The translations under genes and the position numbers were made by a program. Under the pieces are notes generated by a model, which saw nothing but the letters and a program-made list of their open reading frames with translations, did no database searches and was not told where the DNA came from. Shown here piece after piece: positions 26,794-36,510 of a stretch of DNA of 64,000 nucleotides (within the stretch, counting starts at the first letter, position 1; each line of letters opens with the position of its first letter). The stretch is from Oscillospiraceae bacterium (lineage in GTDB: Bacteria > Bacillota > Clostridia > WRLR01): assembly GCA_009777515.1 (NCBI GenBank), contig WRLR01000006.1, positions 1,719 to 65,718 on the forward strand, read 5' to 3'.

Positions 26794-28824
26794 CTACATA
26801 AAACGCTGGAACAGCGGCAGGAAGACCACGGATACAATTGTCATCAATTTAATCAGAATATTCATGGACGGGCCGGCAGTGTCTTTGAACGGGTCACCCA
26901 CGGTATCTCCGACGACAGCGGCCTTATGGGCGTCGCTTCCTTTCCCGCCGTGTTCGCCGCTTTCGATGAACTTCTTCGCATTATCCCATGCGCCTCCGGC
27001 ATTGGACATCGTAATGGCTAATAGCACGCCTGTAAGCAAAGCGCCGGCCAGCATGCCGCCCAGCATCCCGACATCGATAATGCCCATGATGATCGGGGCA
27101 GCCACTGCCAATAAACCGGGTATAATCATTTCACGCAGCGCAGCGTCGGTGGAGATGGACACGCACTTGGCATAATCAGGCTTTGAAGTGCCTTCCATGA
27201 TGCCCTTGTCTTCGCGGAACTGGCGCCGCACCTCTTCAATCATCTTAAACGCGGCTCTGCCCACCGATCGGATAGTTAATGAGCCGAAGAGGAAGGGCAG
27301 CGTGCCGCCGATAAGCAATCCGACGACCACCATAGGATTTAGGAGGTCAATAGAGCTCAGGTTGGCGATTTCCGAATAGGAAACAAACAAAGCCAGCGCT
27401 GTGAGGGCGGCGGAGCCGATTGCGAAACCCTTGCCGATAGCGGCGGTAGTGTTCCCGACCGAGTCCAGCTTATCTGTAATTTCGCGGACATTTTCAGGCA
27501 GGTTGGCCATTTCGGCTATGCCGCCGGCATTGTCCGCGACAGGGCCATAGGCGTCGACAGCGACTACCAGCCCGGTCGTAGACAGCATCCCGATTGCGGC
27601 GAGGGCAATGCCATATAAACCGGCGCAATTGAAAGCGAGGAATATGCCGACAGCAATAAACAAAAGCGGCGCTACTGTTGAAACCATGCCGACCGCGAAG
27701 CCGTCGATGATTGCAGTAGCAGGGCCTGTTTCAGCCTGTTTCGCAATGCCTTTGACATGCTTATAGTCAGGAGAAGTATAGCGCTCCGTAAAAAACCCGA
27801 TCGCTATGCCGACGATAATTCCGACAGCGACTGCGCCAAAAGCCCCGAAGCCGCCAAAAACCGTACCTAAAGCCATCGACGAGCCAAAAAACACCTGCCC
27901 CAGTATGAACGCCGCGACCAGCACGATGGCGCTGCCGGCATATGTGCTCATGTTGAGGGCTGTGGCAGGGTTTTTCGTGTTTTTTCCCCCGACAGTAAAT
28001 ACGGCTATAACCGACGCAAGCACGCCCATCGCGGCGACCAGCAGCGGGAACGCTATACTTTGAAAAAGAAGCGTCTCACCACCGGCGTTTTTTACTGTAA
28101 TAGCAAGGACAAGAGCGGAAATGATCGAACCCACATAACTTTCGAACAGATCGGAACCCATGCCCGCCACATCGCCGACATTGTCGCCGACATTGTCCGC
28201 TATGACAGCCGGGTTGCGGGGGTCGTCCTCCGGGATGCCAGCCTCGACCTTACCGACCAGGTCCGCTCCTACATCGGCGGCTTTCGTATAAATCCCGCCG
28301 CCCACGCGCCCGAACAGCGCGACTGAGGATGCCCCCAGGCTGAAGCCAGTTATGAGCTCAATCTGTTCTTTGGTGTTGGCGCCAAATATAATTAACAAAA
28401 TGCCCAGTCCCAGCATGCCCAGGCCGACAACGCAAAGCCCCAGCACAGCACCGCCCCGGAACGCGATTTTCAGCGCCAGTGGCAAACCGGTGCGGGCGGC
28501 GGCTGTCGTTCTCACATTGGCCCTGGTTGCGGCACGCATACCGATAAACCCCGCAGCCAATGAAAAAATCGCACCAAGCAGGAACGCGAGAGCCGTTTCA
28601 ATCCTGATCGCAAAAATCAGCAGTACAAACATTACCGCAATGAAAATGCCGATTGGGCGGTACTCGCGCTTCAGAAAAGCCATGGCGCCCTCGCGGATAA
28701 AAGAAGCGATCTCGCGCATACGGTCGTCGCCCTCGCTGTTTTTGTTAATCCAGGAGAGGATGTAGAACGCGGCGCACAGAGCGACGACACCCGACAGCGA
28801 TGCTACAAGAAACATGGGATTCAT
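26794..28824 (-). CDS. hppA: Membrane-bound K+/H+(Na+)-translocating pyrophosphatase
   Basis: 676 aa and polytopic. It has the motifs [31 protein letters not shown] and [11 protein letters not shown]. Confidence 0.95.
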   Translation of the reverse strand: MNPMFLVASLSGVVALCAAFYILSWINKNSEGDDRMREIASFIREGAMAFLKREYRPIGIFIAVMFVLLIFAIRIETALAFLLGAIFSLAAGFIGMRAATRANVRTTAAARTGLPLALKIAFRGGAVLGLCVVGLGMLGLGILLIIFGANTKEQIELITGFSLGASSVALFGRVGGGIYTKAADVGADLVGKVEAGIPEDDPRNPAVIADNVGDNVGDVAGMGSDLFESYVGSIISALVLAITVKNAGGETLLFQSIAFPLLVAAMGVLASVIAVFTVGGKNTKNPATALNMSTYAGSAIVLVAAFILGQVFFGSSMALGTVFGGFGAFGAVAVGIIVGIAIGFFTERYTSPDYKHVKGIAKQAETGPATAIIDGFAVGMVSTVAPLLFIAVGIFLAFNCAGLYGIALAAIGMLSTTGLVVAVDAYGPVADNAGGIAEMANLPENVREITDKLDSVGNTTAAIGKGFAIGSAALTALALFVSYSEIANLSSIDLLNPMVVVGLLIGGTLPFLFGSLTIRSVGRAAFKMIEEVRRQFREDKGIMEGTSKPDYAKCVSISTDAALREMIIPGLLAVAAPIIMGIIDVGMLGGMLAGALLTGVLLAITMSNAGGAWDNAKKFIESGEHGGKGSDAHKAAVVGDTVGDPFKDTAGPSMNILIKLMTIVSVVFLPLFQRFM

Positions 28825-29078
28825 AATTCGTTACCTTTCTTTTGTGATTGAGGCTGATTCCTCGGGAGCAAGAACAGAAATTTCCGCTTTCCGTGCGTAC
28901 CGGATACGCGCGCGGAATAAAGGATTTATATAAATCCCAGCGTTCCGGATGCCGAAAAAAATCTATCATAACACCAAATAAATGTCAATGGTCATGAAAA
29001 ACGATTCACGGCAGTGATTTACGACAAAAGCATGAATGATGAATTGGTGATGAATTGGAAAAAAACGAAATGATTAAG

Positions 29079-32057
29079 TTATTGCTGAACCAAGTTTCTA
29101 TATTGGCGGATCAATTCGATATATGCGGCGCGGCGCGCGTCCGCGCCCTCGCCTGGGCTCCCCGCGCCCGCACCGCCGCCCGCGCTTGCGTTTGCTCCGG
29201 CGACAGCCAGCGACTCCGCAAGATCGATGGACGCGCCCATGTCGCCGTCGCCTTTGAGCGAGCCGCAAAAAACCGCGACGGAGCACGCGAGGTGGAAGTC
29301 GGCGCTGTTTTCCGTTTTGACGTCGTCATAAGTGGCGGCTTTGGCGAATTCCCTGTTCGCAAACTCGCCGGCGGCCGTATACCGGATGCGTATCTCAAAC
29401 AGTTCGTCGGCATATTCAACCGCAGCGGCGCTTTCGCCCGCGTCCGCCCCGGCGCCTTCCGCCCCGGCGCCTTCCGCTCCGCCCCCCCCTGTCTCGCCGC
29501 CGCCTGTGCCCGTCAAAGCGCCAGGATCCAGCAACTCCAGCTCGAAGAGGAGGACGATGCTGTCGCCCGCATAAATATGGTCCATGTCCTGCCAAGTATA
29601 TATCTGCTCCTGGTACGCAGAGCGCCGGTCGTCATAGCCGAACAAGCTGTACGACGTGACATTCGCCGGATTGAACTCTATGAATGCGCGCGCCCCTCCG
29701 GCTATAAGGTATGAATCCGACGTGAGCTCGTTTACCAGCGCCTGCTTGATCTCCGCCAGCGTCGTCGCGTAGATGAACTCCACATACCGCGCATCCACTT
29801 CCGGGCCAGCCAGGGCGCCGACCGCTATCGCCCTAAACTCTATGCCCACGTCGCTGTACTGGGCGACAAGGTCATCCAGGGCGTCCGCCGCGCCGTTCAG
29901 CCCGAAACCGTCGTCGGTGTCCGTTATCGTAATCACTAGATTATTGCCGCCCTCAATAAAATTCTTTTGGGCGATGGTGTAGGCCGTTTGCAGCCCGCTT
30001 CCGTAATATGTGTATATCCCGGCGGACATATCGTCCAGGGCGCTCCTTATTGGGGCGGTGTCCCCGCCCTCGGCATTGTCGAGCAGCACTTCCGAATCGC
30101 CGTCATACACCACTATCGACATCCTGTCCTGCTCGTCCATTTTTTCGGCCATATGCAGTATGGCTTCTTTGACCATGGGCAGTTTGTCAAAAGAATACAT
30201 GGTACTCGATGTATCGATGAGCATCGTTATGTTGGAAGGCGGAGATGCGAGCCAGTCAAAGTCCTGGGCCATGATGTGCACATAGGCGATGGCGCGATCT
30301 TCATGAAGGGGCGATGCGCCCATTTCGTAATATATCTGAAAAGGGTGGTCGCCCTGCGCCCACTCGCCCGAAGACCCGTTATCGATTTCGTCCGGGGCGC
30401 CTGCATCTGTGCCGCCCGCGCCTTGGCCAGCCGCATCTGGCTCGCCAGCGTCCTGGCCGCCTTCTTCCCCGCCGCCGCCCGACGCCGCTGCCATGCTGGC
30501 AAGCATGGAGCTGTAGTCCCGTTCGGGCGGGAAGTAGTTTATTGCCTCTTCCGTCACGACGGACCCGGGGGGCGGCGCCTCACCGCCCGCGATGCGCCGC
30601 CTGATGTCGGAATAGGAAGCCGTCCCCGACTTTAGGGGAATATACATCATATAATCGACGGCGACCGATTTTTGGCCACCCTCGCCCAGGCGCGGGTTAA
30701 GCACGCCGCGCGCGAACGCATGGTTCTCAAAACCGCAAAAATCCATCAATGTATTGACGTCATAACGGCACGTCAGTTCATATACCAGGTTGTCCCGTTC
30801 AAACAACAGGAGGCTGTAGTCCTCGTTATATGCCAGATATACGTCGGCGCCGCCTATCCCGATGCCAGTCAGAGGCGCGGCGATGTCCGCCGGCAGCGAA
30901 CCGCGCCTGACGGTGAGGACAATGTTGTCCTGCTTCTCGTTGGCGATGAAATACACCGTTCGCCCCGCGTCCTGTATGACACTGACTATTGAATAACCCG
31001 ACCTGATGGGAAAGTCAAGCGGTATGATGCCCACTTCGTCCTCGACATCGCCTTCGCTGTCGCCCGGCCCGTCGGGCTGCCCATCTTCCAGTAACGCGTT
31101 CCCCGTGAGCCCACTGGCTGTCGAGGTGGTCTGCAACGCGCCGCCGGTCGTCATAGCTTCGGCGCCGCCGGGCGGGGCCTGTGACAGCTTGCTAGCTATC
31201 TGGGTTTCCCATACATTTTTAACCATCTCCGGCAGCCCGGAGAACAGTACCGAAGCCGCCAGGCACGCGACGGCAGCTATGGCTATGGAAAACCGGATCA
31301 GCGCCCGTTTGCGCCGCTCGGTGGCCAGGGCTTCGATTATCCACTCGTCCGTACTGGCGTCCGCTTTGAGAAATATGCGCCCGTCCGGAGCCTTGCTTCG
31401 GTCCCCTGGCCACATATCGGGGCTGTCATCGCTGTCGGCGCTTTTATCGGCGCCTCTGTCGGCGCCTCTGTCGGTGCTTTTGCCGGCATTTTTACCGGTA
31501 CTCATGCCAGCATTTATGCCGGCATTCATACCTGAGTTCGCCCACCCGGCGCCATTTTGCCCCGGGCGCAAACCCGCTTCAGCCTGACTCAAACGGGCAT
31601 CCGCTTTGGCCTGCCCCGAGCGGGCCCCCGCTTCGGCCCGCTTCGTGCGTTCCCCCGCTTCGGTCTTCCTTGAGCGAGCCCCCGCTTCGACCCATCCACC
31701 GCCGCTGCTTTCGGCGCCGCCGCCATCAGCGGTATCCAGATCGCCGGCCCCATCACCCCTGCCATCCGGTGCGCCGGAACCCTGGTCCCGATCAATGGCC
31801 GACCGCGCGTCCGTGCCGCCTCTGCCGCCTCTGCCGCTTCTGCCGCCCCTTCCGCCTGTTTCGCCCACAGCGCCCGCCGTACCCGCAGCGTCATAGACGC
31901 TCCCGAAAGCGCCGCCCCTCGCGGGCGCCCCGGACTCAAAAAGCTCGCGCTGCAAAACGGCGCCGTAGCGTTCCACGTATCGCGCCGCTATCTCCCCATA
32001 TACGCTATCGCGTATCGTTTCTTGTCTTTTGTCATGATTCAATTGTCTAAAACCCAC
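29079..32057 (-). CDS. Candidate anti-sigma factor: N-terminal cytoplasmic low-complexity region, one TM helix, extracytoplasmic DUF4367-like segment plus YfbK-like VWA domain
   Basis: Its start overlaps the 3' end of the upstream sigma-factor gene by 11 nt. A TM segment is present (ALIRFSIAIAAVACLAASVLFSGL). The VWA-like core is ITMLIDTSSTMYSFDKLPMVKEAILHMAEKMDEQDRMSIVVYDGDS, preceded by VTEEAINYFPPE and followed by a DUF3520-like tail (FIEFNPANVTSYSLFGYDDR). Confidence 0.6.
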   Translation of the reverse strand: MGFRQLNHDKRQETIRDSVYGEIAARYVERYGAVLQRELFESGAPARGGAFGSVYDAAGTAGAVGETGGRGGRSGRGGRGGTDARSAIDRDQGSGAPDGRGDGAGDLDTADGGGAESSGGGWVEAGARSRKTEAGERTKRAEAGARSGQAKADARLSQAEAGLRPGQNGAGWANSGMNAGINAGMSTGKNAGKSTDRGADRGADKSADSDDSPDMWPGDRSKAPDGRIFLKADASTDEWIIEALATERRKRALIRFSIAIAAVACLAASVLFSGLPEMVKNVWETQIASKLSQAPPGGAEAMTTGGALQTTSTASGLTGNALLEDGQPDGPGDSEGDVEDEVGIIPLDFPIRSGYSIVSVIQDAGRTVYFIANEKQDNIVLTVRRGSLPADIAAPLTGIGIGGADVYLAYNEDYSLLLFERDNLVYELTCRYDVNTLMDFCGFENHAFARGVLNPRLGEGGQKSVAVDYMMYIPLKSGTASYSDIRRRIAGGEAPPPGSVVTEEAINYFPPERDYSSMLASMAAASGGGGEEGGQDAGEPDAAGQGAGGTDAGAPDEIDNGSSGEWAQGDHPFQIYYEMGASPLHEDRAIAYVHIMAQDFDWLASPPSNITMLIDTSSTMYSFDKLPMVKEAILHMAEKMDEQDRMSIVVYDGDSEVLLDNAEGGDTAPIRSALDDMSAGIYTYYGSGLQTAYTIAQKNFIEGGNNLVITITDTDDGFGLNGAADALDDLVAQYSDVGIEFRAIAVGALAGPEVDARYVEFIYATTLAEIKQALVNELTSDSYLIAGGARAFIEFNPANVTSYSLFGYDDRRSAYQEQIYTWQDMDHIYAGDSIVLLFELELLDPGALTGTGGGETGGGGAEGAGAEGAGADAGESAAAVEYADELFEIRIRYTAAGEFANREFAKAATYDDVKTENSADFHLACSVAVFCGSLKGDGDMGASIDLAESLAVAGANASAGGGAGAGSPGEGADARRAAYIELIRQYRNLVQQ

Positions 32058-32568
32058 CCCTCAGCAATAGAGCGCGCAGCCTTCTTTGCGTCTTATGCAA
32101 ACGGTCCCGGACAACAGTTTCGCTTTCCTTTAACGTCATTGCGGTTTTTTTATTCGAAAGCCCGTATCCGTAATTTAATAAAAAGATGTTTTTATTTTCG
32201 CCGCCGAGTTTGTTCACAACCTTGATAATATCGGAAGCCGACATGTCAAAAAGCGCCTCCTCTATGCCCCTGGCGTCGAACGGCTTTTTGTCCTGTGCAG
32301 GCGCGACATGCCGCGCCTCGTTTTCCATCAGCGCGTAAGCGCAGTTGCGGACGATCGTGACGGCAAAAACAATGGTTTGGCTGCTTCTCGGATCGTCCAC
32401 TTTGTCAATATTTTTCCATATATGGATAAACGACTCATATAGGGCCTTTTCCGCCTGCATCCGATCCTTTAAAATGCTGAACGCCTTATTTAGCATCAGA
32501 TGCCGGTATTCGCCGAATATATAGTCGATCTTGTCCCTATCGCTTTCCCTCCTGTGTGCCTCACGCAT
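32047..32568 (-). CDS. RNA polymerase sigma-70 family (ECF-type) sigma factor
   Basis: 173 aa. Region 2-like (YRHLMLNKAFSILKDRMQAEKALYESFIHIW) and region 4 HTH-like (LNYGYGLSNKKTAMTLKESETVVRDRLHKTQRRL). Confidence 0.75.
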   Translation of the reverse strand: MREAHRRESDRDKIDYIFGEYRHLMLNKAFSILKDRMQAEKALYESFIHIWKNIDKVDDPRSSQTIVFAVTIVRNCAYALMENEARHVAPAQDKKPFDARGIEEALFDMSASDIIKVVNKLGGENKNIFLLNYGYGLSNKKTAMTLKESETVVRDRLHKTQRRLRALLLRGGF

Positions 32569-32592
32569 CGAAGCCAGCGCCTACACCCCATT

Positions 32593-33210
32593 TCATTGTG
32601 GAATATTGAACAGCGAGCGGTTTTTTATTATATAATCCACGCCGGACATAATTGTAAATACAAGCGCCGCGTATAGCAGCAGCCCGCCTGCGTTGATGGC
32701 CACAAGGGGCGCCGCCCTAAAGTTTTGGAACAGCAGTAGCGCAATGGCCGCGGACTGCAGGGCCGTTTTGGCTTTTCCAAAGCCGCCCGCCGCCAGCACG
32801 ACGCCCTTGCTCGCCGCGAGCAGGCGCAGGCCCGTTATAATAAATTCACGGGACACGACGACGATTGGTATCCATGCGCCTATCATCCCCCTGTATGTCA
32901 GCACGAACAGCGCGGCGGTTACAAGCAGTTTGTCCGCGATGGGGTCCAGAAAGATCCCGAAGTCGGTGACCATTTTATATTTTCTCGCAATATACCCGTC
33001 CAGCGCGTCCGTCGAAAACGCGACGATAAACACTATCCCGGCGGCCGCCAGCCCGCTGCGCGCGACGAACCCGACAAACGCCTCGACCAACGCGCCCATG
33101 CCAATGAACGAGAGCAGCCTGTAGATTATGTCCGGCAGCCCGGCTGACAGCAACACAAACAACGGGATTAGCGCTATTCTGACAATGGTTAGCCTGTTTG
33201 GTAAATTCAT
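32593..33210 (-). CDS. pgsA: CDP-diacylglycerol--glycerol-3-phosphate 3-phosphatidyltransferase
   Basis: NLPNRLTIVRIALIPLF and the CDP-alcohol transferase motif DALDGYIARKYKMVTDFGIFLDPIADK. Confidence 0.9.
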   Translation of the reverse strand: MNLPNRLTIVRIALIPLFVLLSAGLPDIIYRLLSFIGMGALVEAFVGFVARSGLAAAGIVFIVAFSTDALDGYIARKYKMVTDFGIFLDPIADKLLVTAALFVLTYRGMIGAWIPIVVVSREFIITGLRLLAASKGVVLAAGGFGKAKTALQSAAIALLLFQNFRAAPLVAINAGGLLLYAALVFTIMSGVDYIIKNRSLFNIPQ

Positions 33211-34607
33211 GTCATCAATTCTCCGAGTAGCCCCTCAGAATCCCTCCCCGTGACTTTTATCCTGACAAAATCCCCCGCCCCAAGGTCGCCCGCCCTAACG
33301 CGCACAAAGCCGTCGATGTCGGGAGCGTCCGCATATGTCCTGACGCGGTACTCCGCACCGTTTCGGCCATTCCGCGAGGGTTTGCGCTGCAGCACCGAAT
33401 CGACAATCGCCTCATACTCGCGCCCAATGAGCGAGGACTCCCACTGCGACATAATGGCGGCCTGTACGCGGAGCAACTGGGCCCGCCTTTTTTGCGCCAC
33501 CTTTTTCGCCACTTGCCCGCCCATTGCGGCTGCCGGCGTGCCCTCTTCCCTTGAATAGGCAAATACCCCGAGCCTCTCAAACTTGATATCCGCAATAAAA
33601 TCCAGAAGCCCCATGAAGTCTTCTTCGCTTTCGCCCGGGAAACCCGTCATCACCGTTGTGCGCAGCACTATGCCCGGCGCCTGCCGCCTTAATTTATTTA
33701 CCAGCCCATACAGATCGGCGCGCCCGTACCTGCGCCCCATGGCGCGGAGAACGCTGTCGCTCGCATGCTGTATCGGCATGTCCAGGTAGGGCAGCAGCTT
33801 GGGGTTCGCGGCGAATTGCCGTATGAGCAAATCGTCCATGCGATCCGGGTACGCGTACATCAGCCGTATCCATCTGACGCGCTCAACGCGCGACAGCTCT
33901 TCGAGCAGCCCGCACAGCGACTCCGGCCCGGCCGTTCCATACCTTGTTGTGTCCTGTGCGATCAACACCGCCTCTATGTCGCGCCCCGCCGACGCGCGCT
34001 CGGCATCGGCAATGATGTCGGCGCGCGGCCTACTGACATACGGCCCGCGTATGGAGGGTATCACACAGTACGTGCAATGGTTGTCGCACCCCTCCGCTAT
34101 CTTAATATATACAAAACCAGCGCCGCTCGTCAAGACGCGCGGCGCGTTGAGGTGATCGAGCCTCTGCCCGGCAGAGCTTTCGTGGATACTGCGCGGCGCA
34201 TCTTCCTCGACACCCGCGCCGCTTTCAGCGCTTTCGCTCCCATTTTCGCGCCCAGGCAGCCCGCGCTTCCGGACGAACCGATCGACGATGTCGCAAATCC
34301 GCCCATACTCGCCCGTACCCAGCACGGCGTCCACTTCCGGCAATTCTTCCGAAAACGCGCCTCGGTATCTTTCGGACAGGCAGCCCGTCACGATTAATGC
34401 GAAGCATCGCCCCGTGTTTTTCTTTTCAGCCATGTCTAATATGGCGCCAATGGACTCTTTTTTTGCCGGATCAATAAAACCGCAAGTATTTACTATGATC
34501 ACATCGGCGAGATCGGCGTCCGGCGTGATGCCATAGCCGCGCGCGCAAAGAAGGCCCAGCATCGCTTCGCCGTCCACAAGGTTTTTCGGACAGCCAAGCG
34601 ACACCAT
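33207..34607 (-). CDS. rimO: Ribosomal protein S12 methylthiotransferase RimO (radical SAM, TRAM C-terminus)
   Basis: VSLGCPKNLVDGE, NTCGFI and the radical SAM CDNHCTYC motif, in the usual rimO-pgsA pairing. The coding-looking sequence ..SQILIG continues upstream of ATG 34607. The likely real start is CTG 34658, 9 nt after GGAGG. Confidence 0.85.
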   Translation of the reverse strand: MVSLGCPKNLVDGEAMLGLLCARGYGITPDADLADVIIVNTCGFIDPAKKESIGAILDMAEKKNTGRCFALIVTGCLSERYRGAFSEELPEVDAVLGTGEYGRICDIVDRFVRKRGLPGRENGSESAESGAGVEEDAPRSIHESSAGQRLDHLNAPRVLTSGAGFVYIKIAEGCDNHCTYCVIPSIRGPYVSRPRADIIADAERASAGRDIEAVLIAQDTTRYGTAGPESLCGLLEELSRVERVRWIRLMYAYPDRMDDLLIRQFAANPKLLPYLDMPIQHASDSVLRAMGRRYGRADLYGLVNKLRRQAPGIVLRTTVMTGFPGESEEDFMGLLDFIADIKFERLGVFAYSREEGTPAAAMGGQVAKKVAQKRRAQLLRVQAAIMSQWESSLIGREYEAIVDSVLQRKPSRNGRNGAEYRVRTYADAPDIDGFVRVRAGDLGAGDFVRIKVTGRDSEGLLGELMT

Positions 34608-34644
34608 GCCGATGAGGATTTGGGAAAGGCTACTACCGTCCGCG

Positions 34645-36510
34645 TCAGTACGCGCCAGCTTTAAGTACCTCCAAATATGAATAATCGGGATCGAAATAAA
34701 TTTTAACCGGCTCCCCGTCTATATGCGTGTCAAACGCCGCCAGCCCGGCGCTGTCCAGCACAAACGCCGCGCCCCTGTTTGCAGGCGGCGCTGCAGCATA
34801 AGATATGACCTTTTCGACGCCCGGTTCAAGGCTCAGCCCTTTAACATAGGCGAACACTGTTTTGGTCTGCATGTCGAATGCGTCCATGCCTCCCCCGCCA
34901 GCGGCGCTAACGCCCCTTGCGATGTTATCGTTCCTAGCGATGCCATCGGCAACTGCGGCGCTTTCGACGCCATCTATGCGTCCGCCGCTCAATGTCAACT
35001 CAATGAAAGCGTTTTCAATGATGAGATCGGAGTTGTTAGTCAAACTTAGTTTCCCCGATATCAAAACATCGCCCACGCTGTGGTATGAGAGCACGTTGAC
35101 CGGAAACGGCGCCGGCGCCGGTATCGTTATATTCATTGGCGGCGTCACCGAATCGGGCGCCGAGGCAACAGAGCCCGGATTGGATCCTAAATCCGGGGCC
35201 ACATTGTCAGTTCCGTAGATTGCTATATCCGTGCTCTCCTCCAGCGGCGTCGCCATTACGATGTGCGGCGCGTCGGGGTTATCTATTGCTGCCCCTTCGT
35301 ATGCCGGCGCACCGGCTGCGCCTGCTTCGCCGATAAGTTCGCTGGACGTCATGCGTTCAGCCATTCTTTTTATATGGTTATTGTAATTGCTGTAGTGTTC
35401 CTGGCCTTCCAGCTTGTTTTCAGGATAGAGCAGCGCGAGCACCGCCGCCTCATACATTTTCGCCGTCGACGCAGAGCCCCGCCCGGCATCGTCGGCCGCG
35501 CCGCCGTTGACGGCATCGGCTTCGCGTTCCGAAATGCGCCTCGTGATATCCCCCAGGTTGTATAAGGCGGGCACAACCGTATAGACGATCACTTCCTGCG
35601 GCTGCTCGGGCGCCGTTCCCAATGTTCCGCCGGATATATATTTTACACTAAAATAACCGACTGCGCTAAATAACAATAAAATAGATAGGACGACAGCAAT
35701 CCGCTGGGCGCCAAACTGTATCCGCGATCCCCCAAAAAAAGGAACAGCGATTGCAAATGCACGCTTTTCGCCTGTCGGCGCTTTTATTGCCGAAGCGATG
35801 CCCGCCGCCCCCGCGTTACCGGCGCGATCATTGCCGGCGCCCCGATCATAAGCGGCAGCGTTTATATTACCATCCGTATTACTCGAACTGCTTATATTAT
35901 CCGCTTCATTTGCAATGCCAGGGACGCTAGCAGCGCCAGGGACGTCAGCGGCACCAGGGACGTCAACGGCGCCAGCGGCATCAATGGAGCCAGGCACATC
36001 AGCGGCGCCGGTTATATCAGCGACACCAGTGAAATCCGCAGTGCCAGAGATATCAGCGGCGCCGGTAAAATCCGCAACACTGGCAACATCTGTAACATCA
36101 GTGACATCAGTGACATCTGTAACATCCGTTATATCCGTCGCATTGGCGATATTTATATAGTTCGCTATGTCGTTTGGATCTATGATATCTACATCAACAA
36201 TGCCCGCCCTGTCCGCAGTCCCTGCACTGACCGCGCCGCCCGAGGCCTGCGCGGCTTGCGCGGCCTGCGCCGTCCTGGACATAAAGTCCGCCGCAGCGCT
36301 ATTGGGGCCTGCCACAAACGGCTCGGCGCCAAGGACCCTCTCCGGCAGCCCATCCGTTGCGGGCATGTCCGCGAGCAGATCCAGATCGCCGTTCATTATT
36401 TCATCGAGCAAACTCTTGAGATCGCCGGAATAGGCGTCATCGGACTGCGCCTGCGGATCCTCCGAACCATCGTTGCCCATCGTCGCTGTCATACTTAATT
36501 CATCCGCCAT
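34645..36510 (-). CDS. Hypothetical single-pass membrane protein with acidic N-terminus and T/D/V/A/G tandem-repeat region
   Basis: 621-aa ORF whose start overlaps the hemZ 3' end. Repeats include TDITDVTDVTDVTDVTDV and ADFTGAADISGTADFTGVADITGAADVPG. A TM helix is present (RIAVVLSILLLFSAVGYFSV). The C-terminal ~330 aa are non-repetitive, with no family recognised. Confidence 0.5.
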   Translation of the reverse strand: MADELSMTATMGNDGSEDPQAQSDDAYSGDLKSLLDEIMNGDLDLLADMPATDGLPERVLGAEPFVAGPNSAAADFMSRTAQAAQAAQASGGAVSAGTADRAGIVDVDIIDPNDIANYINIANATDITDVTDVTDVTDVTDVASVADFTGAADISGTADFTGVADITGAADVPGSIDAAGAVDVPGAADVPGAASVPGIANEADNISSSSNTDGNINAAAYDRGAGNDRAGNAGAAGIASAIKAPTGEKRAFAIAVPFFGGSRIQFGAQRIAVVLSILLLFSAVGYFSVKYISGGTLGTAPEQPQEVIVYTVVPALYNLGDITRRISEREADAVNGGAADDAGRGSASTAKMYEAAVLALLYPENKLEGQEHYSNYNNHIKRMAERMTSSELIGEAGAAGAPAYEGAAIDNPDAPHIVMATPLEESTDIAIYGTDNVAPDLGSNPGSVASAPDSVTPPMNITIPAPAPFPVNVLSYHSVGDVLISGKLSLTNNSDLIIENAFIELTLSGGRIDGVESAAVADGIARNDNIARGVSAAGGGGMDAFDMQTKTVFAYVKGLSLEPGVEKVISYAAAPPANRGAAFVLDSAGLAAFDTHIDGEPVKIYFDPDYSYLEVLKAGAY

